A stretch of DNA of 63,785 bases, filler included, from Reticulomyxa filosa (Eukaryota > Protista > Foraminifera): NCBI GenBank assembly GCA_000512085.1. It is 12 parts of 12 records of this genome, joined end to end, with 100 filler letters (N's around TTAATTAATTAA, not from the genome) between each part and the next. Parts side by side here need not be neighbours in the genome. Positions count along the whole stretch, not along the records: positions 22,552 to 24,164 come from ASPP01021009.1; positions 24,265 to 28,090 come from ASPP01025671.1; positions 28,191 to 31,556 come from ASPP01001869.1; positions 31,657 to 40,549 come from ASPP01011054.1; 8 more parts are not named here. The stretch is one strand, 5' to 3'. Shown here piece by piece: positions 22,987 to 35,695 of this stretch. The notes beneath the pieces were generated by a model that saw only the letters and a list, made by a program, of their open reading frames with translations, made no database searches and was not told where the DNA came from. The translations under genes and the position numbers were made by a program. The number at the start of each line of letters is the position of its first letter. The stretch's first letter is position 1.

Positions 22987-24026
22987 ATGACTGAAAAAAA
23001 AGAGGTAAGCAAATTGTGTTCGCATTTGTCTACAATTTGCCCACATTTTCTGTCCTCTTCGTCTGCGTGGAACAAGAAAAAAATTTCTGAGCTCAATGTA
23101 TTTGCTTGCGACAGGATGAGAAAAAAAAAGCTAAATTGGATGTGAACGTGAAAGAATTGGACGCATGGATAGAAACACTGTACAAATGCGAACATTTGCC
23201 AGAGGCTGCTGCAGCAAAACTGTGTGCAAAGGCCAGGGCTCTTTTGATTGAGGAAAAGAATGTCCAGCACGTCAAGTGCCCTGTTACAGTTAATTAATTA
23301 AAAACTTGAACAAAAAAAGGGGTTTTCTTTTTTATGTTATCGGCACCGTGTTCATAAATGAATAAAATCGTTACTTATTTAATATGTTAAAAAAAAAGGT
23401 TTGTGGAGATATTCACGGTCAATTTTATGACTTGATGGAACTTTTCCGAATTGGTGGACGACCCCCAGATACTAACTATCTTTTCGTTAAGTTGGAACTT
23501 TTTATTTTTTTTTTGAATAAAAAGTATACGTACTTTTTTGTCGTGTGCCCCGAAATTGTACGAACCTTTGGGCAATTTTTTTTTTTTTGTGAGCGGCTCG
23601 AATTTTTACAAAGAGAGCCAAGGGTCTTGAGGGGTCAGTCGTTTTTTTTTTTTTTTTACTTTGGGTAGTAATGTTACTTTTTTTTTTATAGACTGGAGAT
23701 TATGTGGACCGCGGATACTTCTCTGTTGAAACGGTTACCCTGTTGACAGCATTGAAAGTGCGGTTCAAAGATCGAATTACCTTGACCAGAGGAAACCATG
23801 AAAGCAGACAAATTACCCAAGTGTTGAGTAGAAAGAGTGAGACATGTCTTTTTTTGTTGTGTTGGGGCGAAGGAGAGAGAACACCGGAAAAACCAAAATG
23901 CAAACAAAAATAATTAGGTATGGATTTTACGATGAGTGTTTGAGAAAATATGGCAATGCAAATGTGTGGAAGTTTTTCACAGATTTGTTTGACTATTTAC
24001 CGTTGACTGCAATTGTTGAAAAGCAA
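22987..24026 (+). CDS. PPP2CA: Serine/threonine protein phosphatase 2A catalytic subunit (5' part, 3' end lost at contig edge)
   Basis: [75 protein letters not shown]; GT-AG introns. Confidence 0.92.
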
Positions 24027-24164
24027 GTTTAGAAATTTAAAAAAAAAAAGTGAAGGAGGGGGGGGCACGGAAGGAACAAAAAAAAAAGAGAGGGCAGTGG
24101 TCGCAGTTTTTAAAACAAAAAAAAAATATTTAAGAAAAAAAAGATACCATTTTTATGGGGGGGG

Positions 24165-24264
24165 NNNNNNNNNNNNNNNNNNNNNNNNNNNNNNNNNNNN
24201 NNNNNNNNTTAATTAATTAANNNNNNNNNNNNNNNNNNNNNNNNNNNNNNNNNNNNNNNNNNNN
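24165..24264. other. Artificial contig spacer
   Basis: N44-TTAATTAATTAA-N44. Confidence 0.97.
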
Positions 24265-26479
24265 TTGAAGCGTGCATTCGCAAGACCTCAAGAATTTGAT
24301 ATTATTTTAGTTGATTGTTTGTGCGCCTGCCTCATTTCCAGTTACCTGACGCTATAATTCGGTTTATGTCCATTTCTTGACAAAGTTTTTTATATACACA
24401 TTTTTTTTTATGTGCACATGTTCAAACTAATAGCAACATCTTTATACGTATGTTGATTATTTATTTATGTGTGTTGCTTAAAATTTTTTAATAGATATAT
24501 CAAGGTGTATCAATGAAATTTTGGAATGTGAATGGACATGTCTTTGCTGTTTATATTGTTATTGGTGCTGCAGCGAGTCCTCAGCGATAATGGCAATAGT
24601 AATAGCAACAGCAGCAGTATCAATATCGATGGTTGCAGTACATGAAAGTAAAACTGTCAACATCATGATTGAATTGTTGCTGATGGAAATCATGGGAGCC
24701 TCACTACAACACACGCACCTGTCGCTTCTCCGATAAAATTTATTTGTTCATTATTGAACGAATATCTATTAGTGACGACGTGCGTCGAATGTGGATCACA
24801 GTATTTCGTTTTGAATGACGTATAATTTGGAAAAAAAATTCGAGGTCCATATCGTGTAATGTGGCTAATGATTGATCGAAAGTAAATTGAACAATTGAAA
24901 GTGGTGAACTGATGATTATGATGATTATGTAAGCAACATATATTCCAAGTTATAATGTTTTTTTATGATGTGATTGAATTATATGTGATCAATACACATG
25001 TATATTACATAGATCTCCAAAGTATACAATACATCTCTTATCGAGAAATTGGAAAGTGTTTGTGGTGGTTGCGGTACAGTAAACAAAAATAAAGTAAAGT
25101 TCAAACAACGCCAAGTTGGTGCGTATTCGATTGCAAGTATTTAACACTTGTCTTAAATTTTTTAATTGAAAAATTTTATCTTTTGTGAATTGTATTTTTT
25201 AAATAATTTCAATTCTTTCCTCCAGCTTGCCTGACATCTTTTATCAAATTATACTCATCGCAAAAAATTTTTGAAGTTTAACATTTTAAATCTAAAAGAA
25301 AGTAGAAGACCTAAAATTAATTTCAGTTATCAGTTTTTTCAAAGACAAAGCGAAAACCAAATCGAATTTATTTGTACATTTTCTATTGTCTAAACTTTGT
25401 ATCAAGCAATAAGTGCTCAAAAGAGCCACGCGTAAGACTGCGCGAAATAGGAATTGATCCTTACTATTCCTGGCAAAAAAGGCTTTGAGTAGTAAGTATC
25501 TTCTGCCGTCATATAGGAGTAGATGACAAAAAGAACGTATAACAAATGAAACAAGAAGACAAAGAAAAAGGATGAGAAGAAGTAGCGTCTGAATTTAACA
25601 AAAATGCAGATGTGCAAATTCTTTGGCCACGAACTTAACAAAGGACAGAAAAAGAAGATACGAATGAGAATGGAGAAGATACCAACAACGATGACAATGA
25701 CAATTGTAATGTCATTTGTTTTTTATTACATGATAAAATCATTCATTTTTGGATATCAAAAGTAACTATAAATTTCATCAATTGACACTAGTAGCGTTGT
25801 TGGAATTGAATTCTCAACATCTAATGATAACCTCACATAACAATAATACATTGAAATATCTAAATTATTTTATATTGTGCTTTGCGTATGAACAATAACA
25901 AGAATGATGATTAAATAAGAAGAGGCGTATATAATAAACAAGATGTCAGAATATTGTATTTTGACGTTTCCACGTCACAATTAACATAAGAGAGCATGCG
26001 TTTTTCTCTATGTTGTGACAATTGATGGAGCAGCTTATCGACTATTTTTTCATTTTCTTCAAAGGCTTCATTGCAATGATGATTGATATATTTCACTACA
26101 TTGCTTTCAAAATTTTTCAAACCTCTTCTTCTTTGCTCAGTTTTTATTGAGTTTGTTTTTCCATCTTCCATGCCAATAATTTTTGTTTGGTTTGAGCAAG
26201 ATTAAAACATTCCACAATTGTGTCAAGTGGTGAATGAGTTCACAACCAATTTTCGTTAAACTAATTTCTTTTCTTCTTGGTACCACGTGATATTTTTTGT
26301 TTGTTTGTTTTTGAGACTCTTGAGATCAGAATAAGCACTTGTCCGTCACTGCATTATTTCTACAAACCTTTTTTTTATTTTATTTTTCTCCACTTGCAAT
26401 ACACGATCGATGTTAACAGATTTTAGTGTTGTGTATGATCACAATGAAGAAATGTATAAAAAAAAAATATATTATCTAC

Positions 26480-26660
26480 CACTGACTGATATTGGCTTAA
26501 TTCATCGAGCTCATCACCAGTGCTTGATTGCACTAAACTGTAACAAATTGTGTCGGCGTATTGCAATGGTATGAAGGAGCCATGACAGAGAATAAGATAC
26601 TCCCTACGCATAATATTGTTGTTGTCAAAGTTGTTCCACGTATCGAGCTTTTTCACCAAC
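26480..26660 (-). pseudogene. Possible RluA-family pseudouridine synthase fragment
   Basis: IMRREYLILCHG resembles the RluA 'K/R-x-Y-x-A-l-V-x-G' motif; the catalytic HRLD motif is not seen. Confidence 0.25.
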
Positions 26661-27351
26661 AAATAAACAATGCATAATCAGGAATATGGACCAAACATGC
26701 ATATATTTAAACATAGACTCCAAACTTTCAAAATTAATTTAGTTGCAGTGACACAATGTTTCAACACATTGATCAAAGTTTCATGTGAACACTGCAAAGA
26801 AAAAGAAGAAAAAAGATGGCAAGCGTTTTAATTTCTTTTCGTCTGTCCTCTCGACAACTGTGTCACTTTATATATACATATATGTATTTTTGTCTTTATC
26901 AACGCCATGCAAAGGGCGTGTTTTAGTAGTCAACAACTCAATCTATATTTCTTCTTTTTTCGCTATCTTTTTTTTCGTTTCCCTCCATAGTGGCCATAGC
27001 CCACGCAACATACAATAGTGTATCACATGGATCGGTATACGTGACTCAATGTGGTGAGACTCATAAATGCGATGCGTGTGTGTATTCAAATAGCAATGAT
27101 ATTCACTTATTCAACGCAAATAATACCAAAAATTCTTTGTATTTGATTGTGCTGGTCTCTTTCACATCTTAGTCATTCCTAAGCAAAAGAAAATATGTAT
27201 ACGTTGTTATGACAAAAAAACAATTATATATTTTTGAAAAAGTGTTTAACTCGTTGCTGCAAATCTCTTCATTAGCATGTTGAGATAGATCTTGCAAATA
27301 CTTTGTAATGCCAGTTATAACTGACCGGCCATCATGAAAAAAGGATATTTC

Positions 27352-28015
27352 TTATTTGACGGTGTTTGGATGGCAAAAGGGGACCAGCAAGCTTCTTCCC
27401 TCAAGCACCGCGAAGCATTGCGTGTCATCAGCAGTCCCACTGTGATCGTTGGGCGAACCAATTATCCAACAAAATACGAAAGATTTCTCGGTCGTCAAAA
27501 CTGACTGACTCCACAAACACGACCTTGCCAATATCACTTGTGTCAAGAACGACTCTATCACTGGCTCTTACAGCTGAGGTTTTTTTGCGTCGCAGGTGGC
27601 ACATTTAAGAAGGGGGATACTTAGCGCCGTGCTCGACTTACACGTCTGATCACATCATCTATTTTCGATTTTCGACGATGTGGACAGTTGAACATAGATA
27701 TATTTATATATACTCTTTTTGGATATACTCAAAGTTGGAACGCTTAAAGCAAAAACAATGTTTAGAAGAAAAGCTGAGACTGACCCATGGTTTTGTCTTC
27801 AAGCAAAACACAGTCTCTCATTTCGAAGAAGACTTCTTCGTTGTGGCTGCCATTCTCCAATTCTTTAACAATTGCTTTCCTTGTGACAAACAAGTTATGG
27901 CCTTCTTTGGCGGTAAAGTAGTTGTTACCATCAATAGTGATTTTGAATTCGTCCAATTGAATGCCGAATCTGCTATCTTCCCCAAAATGGACTTTCCCAA
28001 TATATTTGATTACAT
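27352..28015 (-). pseudogene. Multi-CAP-Gly-domain gene, decayed
   Basis: VIKYIGKVHFGEDSRFGIQLDE..TIDGNNYFTAKEGHNLFV; second copy SDRVVLDTSDIGKVVFVESVSF...LLDNW/SPNDHSGT...F...GRSLLV with a frameshift. Confidence 0.65.
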
Positions 28016-28090
28016 CTGCAAAAATTCAACAGGTTGTTTTTTTTTTAAGCTGTCAAAAATCGATATGCAACTCAACAAATTAAAAGGTGA

Positions 28091-28190
28091 NNNNNNNNNN
28101 NNNNNNNNNNNNNNNNNNNNNNNNNNNNNNNNNNTTAATTAATTAANNNNNNNNNNNNNNNNNNNNNNNNNNNNNNNNNNNNNNNNNNNN
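28091..28190. other. Artificial contig spacer
   Basis: N44-TTAATTAATTAA-N44. Confidence 0.97.
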
Positions 28191-28889
28191 CTAGTCAGAT
28201 ATCTGATATTGCGATTTTGCGCGAGATCAGATATCTAAAATGAACAGTCGAAACAAATAATATCAGCAAGAAAGAATGGCGAACAAAATTGAGATACTTT
28301 TTTATTAAATAAGCCGAAATGGCAATATCAACAGCATTCACATGCTTTTCTTTAATAATAAGTGTTTAAATTTTATTTTTTGTTTTAGCTTGTTAAAAGA
28401 GGTAAATTGAATCTCAATATTTCCCTGAGACTCCAACACTTCGAAAACAGGCTCATAGGATTCGGTTGAGCATTAGCGTTGCTCCTGTATCCCTGACCAT
28501 TCCACAGGGAAGAGCCAAATTTGTTTTCACAACCATTGATCTCGCCGTACAACCTTTGAGATTTTTTTTATACCATTCTTACTAAAAAAAAAATTCTAAT
28601 TTAATTGAGTAAAGCAAACATTTAGCACTAAGTAATACAAAGAAAAGTACAAATATAAACCAAACAATCAATTAGGTGTTTTCTGAAACAGTTTTATTTA
28701 AAAAGAAAATTATGCAACAAAATCTCAAAAAAATTATTTTAATAATTCTTCCAGTTGCCACGATGAACTCGCGTTCTGCTCATGTATTCCAATCCTTGGA
28801 TATTTTTTTTGTTCTTCATCTTGAACGTGATCGATTGAGTTTTATCTGAGGCAAAAAAAAAATCTGAAGCCAACAACATTTTCTATTTT

Positions 28890-29110
28890 GGAATTAATTC
28901 CAGTGAAAAAAAAATTTGAAGTTGGTGTACCACAATGATCACCGTTGTCACCATTCCAGTTGTACATTAACGATATTGGTATTCAGTTCAAGATCCAATC
29001 CATTGGAGATGTTCGCAGATGATGTTGCATTGTGGACATCTATTTACACCAGTGATGAAAAGGAAATGTAGCGACAATTGGAATTAATACAAACAAGTTT
29101 GGAAAACAAC
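28890..29110 (+). mobile_element. Non-LTR retrotransposon (LINE) reverse-transcriptase fragment, decayed
   Basis: FEVGVPQ*SPLSP...LYIND.../MFADDVALW correspond to the RT GVPQGS and FADD motifs. Confidence 0.8.
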
Positions 29111-29119
29111 AGCTAATCA

Positions 29120-29720
29120 TTGTTGATTATTTTGATTCCACCATAGCGTATTATTTTTCCATTCTTGTCAAATTTCATGTTTCAATTTTCTATTTTTTAA
29201 TTTCTGGATATGGCCAATGTGCCTTAATGTTGAATGTGATTGGAAGGTGATCTGAATGTAAATCTATTCTCTAATTGATTTACCATCTATAAATTGCTGA
29301 TTACAAATTGTCAAAAGATATTGAAATTATTTAATGATGATAATGTAACAGCATTTGACTTGCGAATGAATTAATGTTACAAGGCATAACATGCTCGATA
29401 TTTCTTTTCTAATTTGATGGATGCGAAATCATTTGAAAAGATTGTATTGTATTCATTGAAATTTAGCAAACTCAAGGTCATTTGCCGGTTTATCACTGTA
29501 TGTCATATTCTCCTGATTGTATTTGGTTTAAAGAAGAAGATACTGCCAAGAATTTCCTGATGTAATGTTTGCAGTACATTGAATTAAGTCACAATTTGTG
29601 GACAATGTCCAAGAATTACTCCCGTATTGTCACTGTTGATGAAACAGTTCATCATTGATGATCGATCGTGGAAACCAGATATCATAGCCAATGTTGTAAA
29701 TGCATCAGACAAGTTCGTAG
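29120..29720 (-). mobile_element. LINE apurinic-type endonuclease/linker fragment, decayed and inverted relative to the RT
   Basis: LHSDHLPITFNI (APE SDH motif) followed by a ..LWWN.. linker motif. The upstream boundary is approximate. Confidence 0.6.
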
Positions 29721-30674
29721 CCGATACCAAGAGAATGATTTGAACAATTATCAAGTTTCTTCAAGACAAATTTCAATTTAAATTGAAATAACTTTATTGT
29801 TTTTCTTTTGATTATTTTTGAATGGACCTTTTTGGTCGTTGTAAGATTTTGTGTTTCTTTTGAGTACTGTTCTATTTCTTAGAACGAAGTGCTCTTGCAA
29901 TTAGAAAGACCTGAGTTTGTGCAAGTAGAAAGTGCAAAAAGTATTGCGAGTTGAATCGATGTAGTAGTCCAACACTTGACACGCTCCCACTTCCACCCAT
30001 CTAAAAAAAAATATATAAGAAAATATTAATTTAGTCTGATATTTGAAAAAATTATACAATCAACAGATTAAATAAAAAAATTGTCTCATTTTTGTTTTTT
30101 ATTATTATTACATTTAGCATAAATTCTTATGCAAATAATAATATTTTTTTGAAAATGAAAAAAAAAAATATCGACATTGCTTGAATCCTGAAAATGATCA
30201 AACTGCCGGAGTGATCACTATATGTTAGCTTGGGCCATAATATCGAAGCATTTGCTTTATGGAATTGTTCACCAGAAAAAGATAATTAACATAAAATAAT
30301 TTTTTTAATTTATGATTAAATGAATTTAATATTTTATTTGTAGTTTATAAAAAAATATCATTGTTGATAATGCACAAAATAAATTCTCTATATAACTCTT
30401 TTTCTTCGAATATAGCTTTATAACATTATTTTAATTCAATCGAATATGAACTTGGTGTTTGTTGTTTAAAGAAAAAGTTTGGTGAGTATACAAGACAACA
30501 GCAAACACATATACACACAAGTAGTTATTTACAACCAGCAATCAGAAATTACCAAGAAATGTGCCACACTTGTGTGAATAATATGCAGTGTCAAAATATA
30601 ATATCTTGTATTGAGTTTGCTAGTGATAACAAGTAGTGTCAGACCCCAAAGGAATATCATCTACAAAGATCTGT

Positions 30675-31556
30675 TTAAGATTGTACATCTTCCAAAGACC
30701 CTCCAAGTCTTGCAGTAATCAAAAAAATGACATTTTTCCAAACTAATTTCCTTTTTGGCATTGTAGTAGATTTGTGGATATTGATCTCCAAAATATCCGG
30801 AGTTTCCGGTTTATAAACCAATGTACCAAATTTTGATATTTCCTCAGTCAGCAATTGTTTCACGTTTGGACTGACTTGCTGCATTTTTTTTTGTTGGTCG
30901 AGTTCGAGTAAGAAATTGCGTGTCACACGATAATGTAATGGTGTTATTGCCATTCGATCATCCGCAGACAGTCCCTATGCAAAAATAATATCAAACATAA
31001 AAACAGGCATTGTTTTAAGATGAAAAAATTAAATTTAAAAAACAGCCACAACAAAACTCTTCTAATGACCAGTTTTTGTAAATCGTATGTTTGCGGTGGG
31101 TCGTTGGCGTTACTTTTCGAAGGGGTTGTTTTTAATGGAACACTGGTTGTTGTGGATTGTTTTTTTTCCTCTTCCATTGAGTCAAATCTAACAATTTTGG
31201 CAGCGACAGTATTTGCTTTGAGAAATGTGGCTTCTTTTTTCTCTTCATTGGGTTGGTTTTGTTCTTTGGTTTTTTTGTTATTTTCGGCGTAAATGTTCAC
31301 CAAATCTTTAACATTTGAGGAAGCATTTGAATTCGATGAATTTGACGGATTCGACGGCTGCACTGCTGTGGTTGTTTCTTCGTTTCGCTTTGTTGCGGTA
31401 TTATTGGCCCCTGGCAATACAAACTGCGTCTTTGTGAGGTTATTTTTTGCATTTGCAATGGCAGCTCCAATGCCACTAGTCGGTTCGCTTGCTTTGGTAC
31501 TTTTTCTTTGAGCGTCATCAGTAGTACCTTTTTGATCAGTAGTACCTTTTTGATCA
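30675..31556 (-). CDS. Hypothetical low-complexity protein, 3' part (5' end lost at contig edge)
   Basis: ORFs 30944..31417 and 30675..30953 can be joined by an intron. Confidence 0.45.
31517..31556. repeat. 18-bp tandem repeat (ATCAGTAGTACCTTTTTG)x2+ encoding DQKGTT, cut by the contig end
   Basis: Exact copies at 31517-31534 and 31535-31552. Confidence 0.8.
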
Positions 31557-31656
31557 NNNNNNNNNNNNNNNNNNNNNNNNNNNNNNNNNNNNNNNNNNNN
31601 TTAATTAATTAANNNNNNNNNNNNNNNNNNNNNNNNNNNNNNNNNNNNNNNNNNNN
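31557..31656. other. Artificial contig spacer
   Basis: N44-TTAATTAATTAA-N44. Confidence 0.97.
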
Positions 31657-31759
31657 TTTTTTTTTTTTAATTATTATTATTGCGTTTTTTTTTTTTTTTT
31701 TTAGAGGTTCTTGTTTGGATTTCTCTAAAAAAAAAAAGTCTTTAAATATATCTGAGTGC

Positions 31760-32832
31760 ATGCACTCAGAGCAAGATTACTTCCCCTTTGCACTGAGTTT
31801 TTTTTTTTTTTAATAGATCCCCCTTCTCTTGTGTTCTATATCAAGAGAAGAAAAAAAAAAAAAAAGAACAAAACTCCTTCATCGGCAGTGATATACTCGT
31901 ACAACATTCGCAAGAATAAACGGTTATCCAAAACACTTCCACCGTAACCTTTGACTTTGTAAACTTTTTCGTCGATGGCCGGTTCGAATGGGATGTGAAT
32001 TTGATTCCACAGTTTCAAATCCAACAAAGGGAATTCCCCTGCTTCATCTTTCAACATCTTAGACTGATCCAAGTCTGGGTGATAGGTTCGATGGGCCAAT
32101 AAAAACTGTGGAATTGTTCTCCCTGCTCGAACGGCCTCTGCAGGTTCAATTTCAATATCAATATCGTGTTCATCTGCCCATTGCTCTGCATCTTCTGCAA
32201 AAACACAATGCAACAAAAAAAAAAAAAAAAATTGTACATATATCATTTCTTTTTTTTTAATATTGTATACGTATGTCCAATACCACAACTGGGCCGTCAT
32301 TCATTCAAACTTTGGATAATTTTTTTTTCTCCCAAGTGACTAAACTTACTGACATAGAAACAAGAACTGCAAAACATTGTCCATCTGGAGATGGGCGAAT
32401 TTCATATACTGTTTTACTACGCTTTAGTTTGTATAAGAGATTTTCTTTTTCGTCATCGTTCAGCTCAACATGCTTTATTTTACTGAAGATAAAAAAAGAT
32501 TCAAAAAAAAAAAAAAGGATTTATCTTTTTTCTTTTACTTTAAAATACTTTTTCACACTAAAATTACTTATCGTTTCTTCACCAAACTGAGAACAATCAG
32601 TAAACCAATTGCCAGAGGGAGCGTGGAAAACCGGCTTTTCGCGCGCAACCAATCTTTGATCTTCTATGGACAGTTCATATTGATGCGTTTCACGACGAAA
32701 TATTAAACAAAACCCTTCATGTGGGTTGGTTCGACAAGGTTGCTCATGAAAGCCGCTAGTATTATAATTTGTCTTCGTGCTGTCTTTTGCCAAGGGACGA
32801 GTCAAGTCCGACTTCTTTGCTTTTGTTGCCAT
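31760..32832 (-). CDS. Hypothetical protein (multi-exon, 3' end probably off contig)
   Basis: ATG at 32832 and GC-richer coding-like exons separated by T/A-rich introns. Confidence 0.5.
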
Positions 32833-33662
32833 CAGGAATTAAAGGATTATTTCTCCTTTAACTGCTTATGTACCCCTTCAAAGTGTTGTAGTGTTAGAAC
32901 CAAAAGATTTCCCACTTTTTTAACCCAATTATTGGAACTTCTTTTTTATAAAAAAACGAGCTTAATCGTGACTTAAAAACTATCAAATATAATATGTAAT
33001 GATTTCTTTTGTTTTCTCAAATAAGCTTCTTCTGATATATCTTGAATGTGTAAAATTTAATTAGGGTTAGATATATAAAATGTTTTGACTAATATATTTT
33101 TTGTGCAATTTCAGACATAGATTTTTTCAACTGACCAGAAAAATCTTGATAATATATCCACTCTAAAATTTCAAATGTTGTATGTTCAAAAAACAACTTT
33201 TTCAGTCAAGTTGTGAATGATGACTATGTCTAAATTTTCAGATATGAAAGCAATTGAATCTAATTTAGTTTGTGGTCGGAAATAAAAATTGATCTCAAAA
33301 CAAGAGGAGAAGAACTGTGTAATGAATTGTCAGATCGCACTACAAAAAAATAAAAAATTGGAGAGATAAAAATTCGTGCTGTTCTCTCTTCAACGTGAAA
33401 TCAAAGTGTAATGTGGCTCTCAAGAATCAAATGACACCATTTTTCCTCCCCTCTTTCAATGCCAACACCAAAAAAAACAAAACATAATAAGATAAAAGCG
33501 ATATCACACTACGCTACATTGAAAAGATGCAGTGCTTGCATTTTAATGCTCCCCAATTTCTCTCTCGTTTCAACAATAGTAGCAGCACCAACAAGACAAA
33601 ACACACCAGTAACAATAGCAAAAAACAAAAAATATATATATGTATATGTCCAAATATGGACA

Positions 33663-35129
33663 TCAATTGTGGTGAGCCTGTTCTAATAATTTGGTTAAAG
33701 CAAAGGAGAGACGCCACTTGGACTCGACCAATGCATCGACAACCGCTTTGCGATCGCTGAAGCCATACTCAGAGATGAGCCTCCGAATTTTGGCCTCTTG
33801 TTTGTCTGCCCATTGAGATTGAACAACAAAGCTCATCTTCAAAACAGGTCCAATGGGTCTATTGTCATGAGTCAGCATTTGCCAATGGCTGACATATGTG
33901 CCGCACAACTTTGGCGCCCGCATGTTCAAAAGCAGCCGCATTACCTTTTTTGGCTCTGCATCGCAGCTGAGCCATTTTTTTCCTTCAACCGCGGTTACCT
34001 CTTTTTCTCCATCAATTTGTTCCAGTTTCACTTTTATACTTAAAGCGTTGTCACCTTAATTTTATTTATTATTATTTTTTTTAAAAAAAGAAAATACTCC
34101 ATTTTTTTTTTTTTTTGACAAACTACAATTTACAAAACTGTTGTTATGTAAAATCCATCCGCATTCTCCTTCTTCACAAGGTTCCCAAATATTGCGATGG
34201 GATATGAGTCCATCGCAAGTTAAAAGCTTTGGATGAGGACTCATGTGACAAAGGGGCTGACTACAGCTTTGACAGTTGTTGAGTGACAAAGAATTGGATT
34301 TGCCACACACTCCACATTTCCATTGATCCTCCGAATTCTTTGTCTCGGCTCCATCTTTTGACATGTTCTCTTTGTCATTGCCTTTCTCCCCAATTTGTGA
34401 CTGTTGTTGTTGTTGTTGTTGTTTTCGCGGCAAGCACAACATGTTGGCTTTTTCTTTTTTTATCATTTCTTTCATTTCCTGTAGCTTGGCTTTTTGATCT
34501 TGAATGTCTTGCTTTTCGAGCTCCAATCGCAATTGCTGCTCACGACTTTTGGCCAGCTCTCTCACAAACTCTTTTTCTTTTGCGAGAAATTCTTGCTTTT
34601 CTTTTTCCATTTGTCGGCACAACTCTGCCAACTTTGCTTTCAACTCTTTGTTTACGCGCAATAGCTCCTTTATACGCTCTGACTCTTTTTTTTGCGCTTC
34701 CAATCCCTGTTTCAACCAAAAAAAAAAAAATAATTGTCCGAGTTTGAACTTTCTTATGTTTAAAAAATGAGAGCCAAAAAAAAATTTTCCAATTGTCATG
34801 GATTTTTATTATTGTTGTTGGTTCAACTTTTGATGTACACGTTTTTATTTGTTGTTTTTTTTCCCTTTGACAACATTTCATGAACGTAACTATATTTATC
34901 ACACTAACAGAAGCATTATTGCCAACTTTTGCTAGCTTTTTTCCATTTTTTTGATTTTCGAATGCTCGATCTGGTTCTATTTTGATGCTGTGCTTATCGT
35001 CACTTTCATTTTCTTCTACACTTATAATTTCCCAGTCTGCGGTTAATACATTTGACGACTATTCGGTTGTGTGACACATGTCCTATATTTTTTTGAATTA
35101 AAGCTTGATATATTATTTATACTTACCAT
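33663..35129 (-). CDS. NBR1/ILRUN-like protein: LIR-like motif, coiled coil, RanBP2/NZF zinc finger, FW (Ig-like) domain, UBA
   Basis: ADWEIISVEE; QWKCGVCGKSNSLSLNNCQSC; W.LHN...MRAPKLCGTYVSHWQM...PIG; EYGFSDRKAVVDALVESKW. The exons join in frame. Confidence 0.7.
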
Positions 35130-35695
35130 ATATTTCTTCAATTCGAATAAATGTGGTCAAATATGAAAAAATTATCCACTAACAGTTTTTTAACAAAACC
35201 CCGTTCTATGCATAAAAAGGCAGTCGTTATCATATTGCGTAGCATTGTGTCTTGAAAATATGCAGCCAATGCTAAACAAAATATAATGTTTACTCACAAA
35301 TATTTGTATTTTATTTTAAAAACATTTCTCAGTGGAAGTTTATTGTAGACAATTATGCGAACACGAATACGACCTTTTAAAAAAATAAATATGACCAGAT
35401 ATAATTTATGCCTAATCTAATTTTAAAAATGCCAGGCATACTATCTCAAAAATTTTAGTTGTAAACAAGCAAAGATGTGAGAAAACGAATTTAACACTTT
35501 GAAAAAAGATTATTTTTGACAACAAGAACCGTAAAAAATTACATCGATATTTGGTAAAACAGCTTAAATTTTAATGTTTAAAATCCAAAATAATTAATCG
35601 CTTTAATTAATTATTAATAAATTATCAAACTTGAACAATACTGAGTGAAACAATTCATCATTTTATTATACTTGTGGCACGTTGGCCGCTTCATG

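Noticed and set aside
23290-23301. TTAATTAATTAA inside a PP2A intron
   Set aside because: No N padding and PP2A continues correctly on both sides; a chance match in AT-rich DNA
23690-23705. Thr instead of Met/Leu before GDYVDRG in PP2A
   Set aside because: Single non-catalytic residue at a splice junction; no functional inference possible
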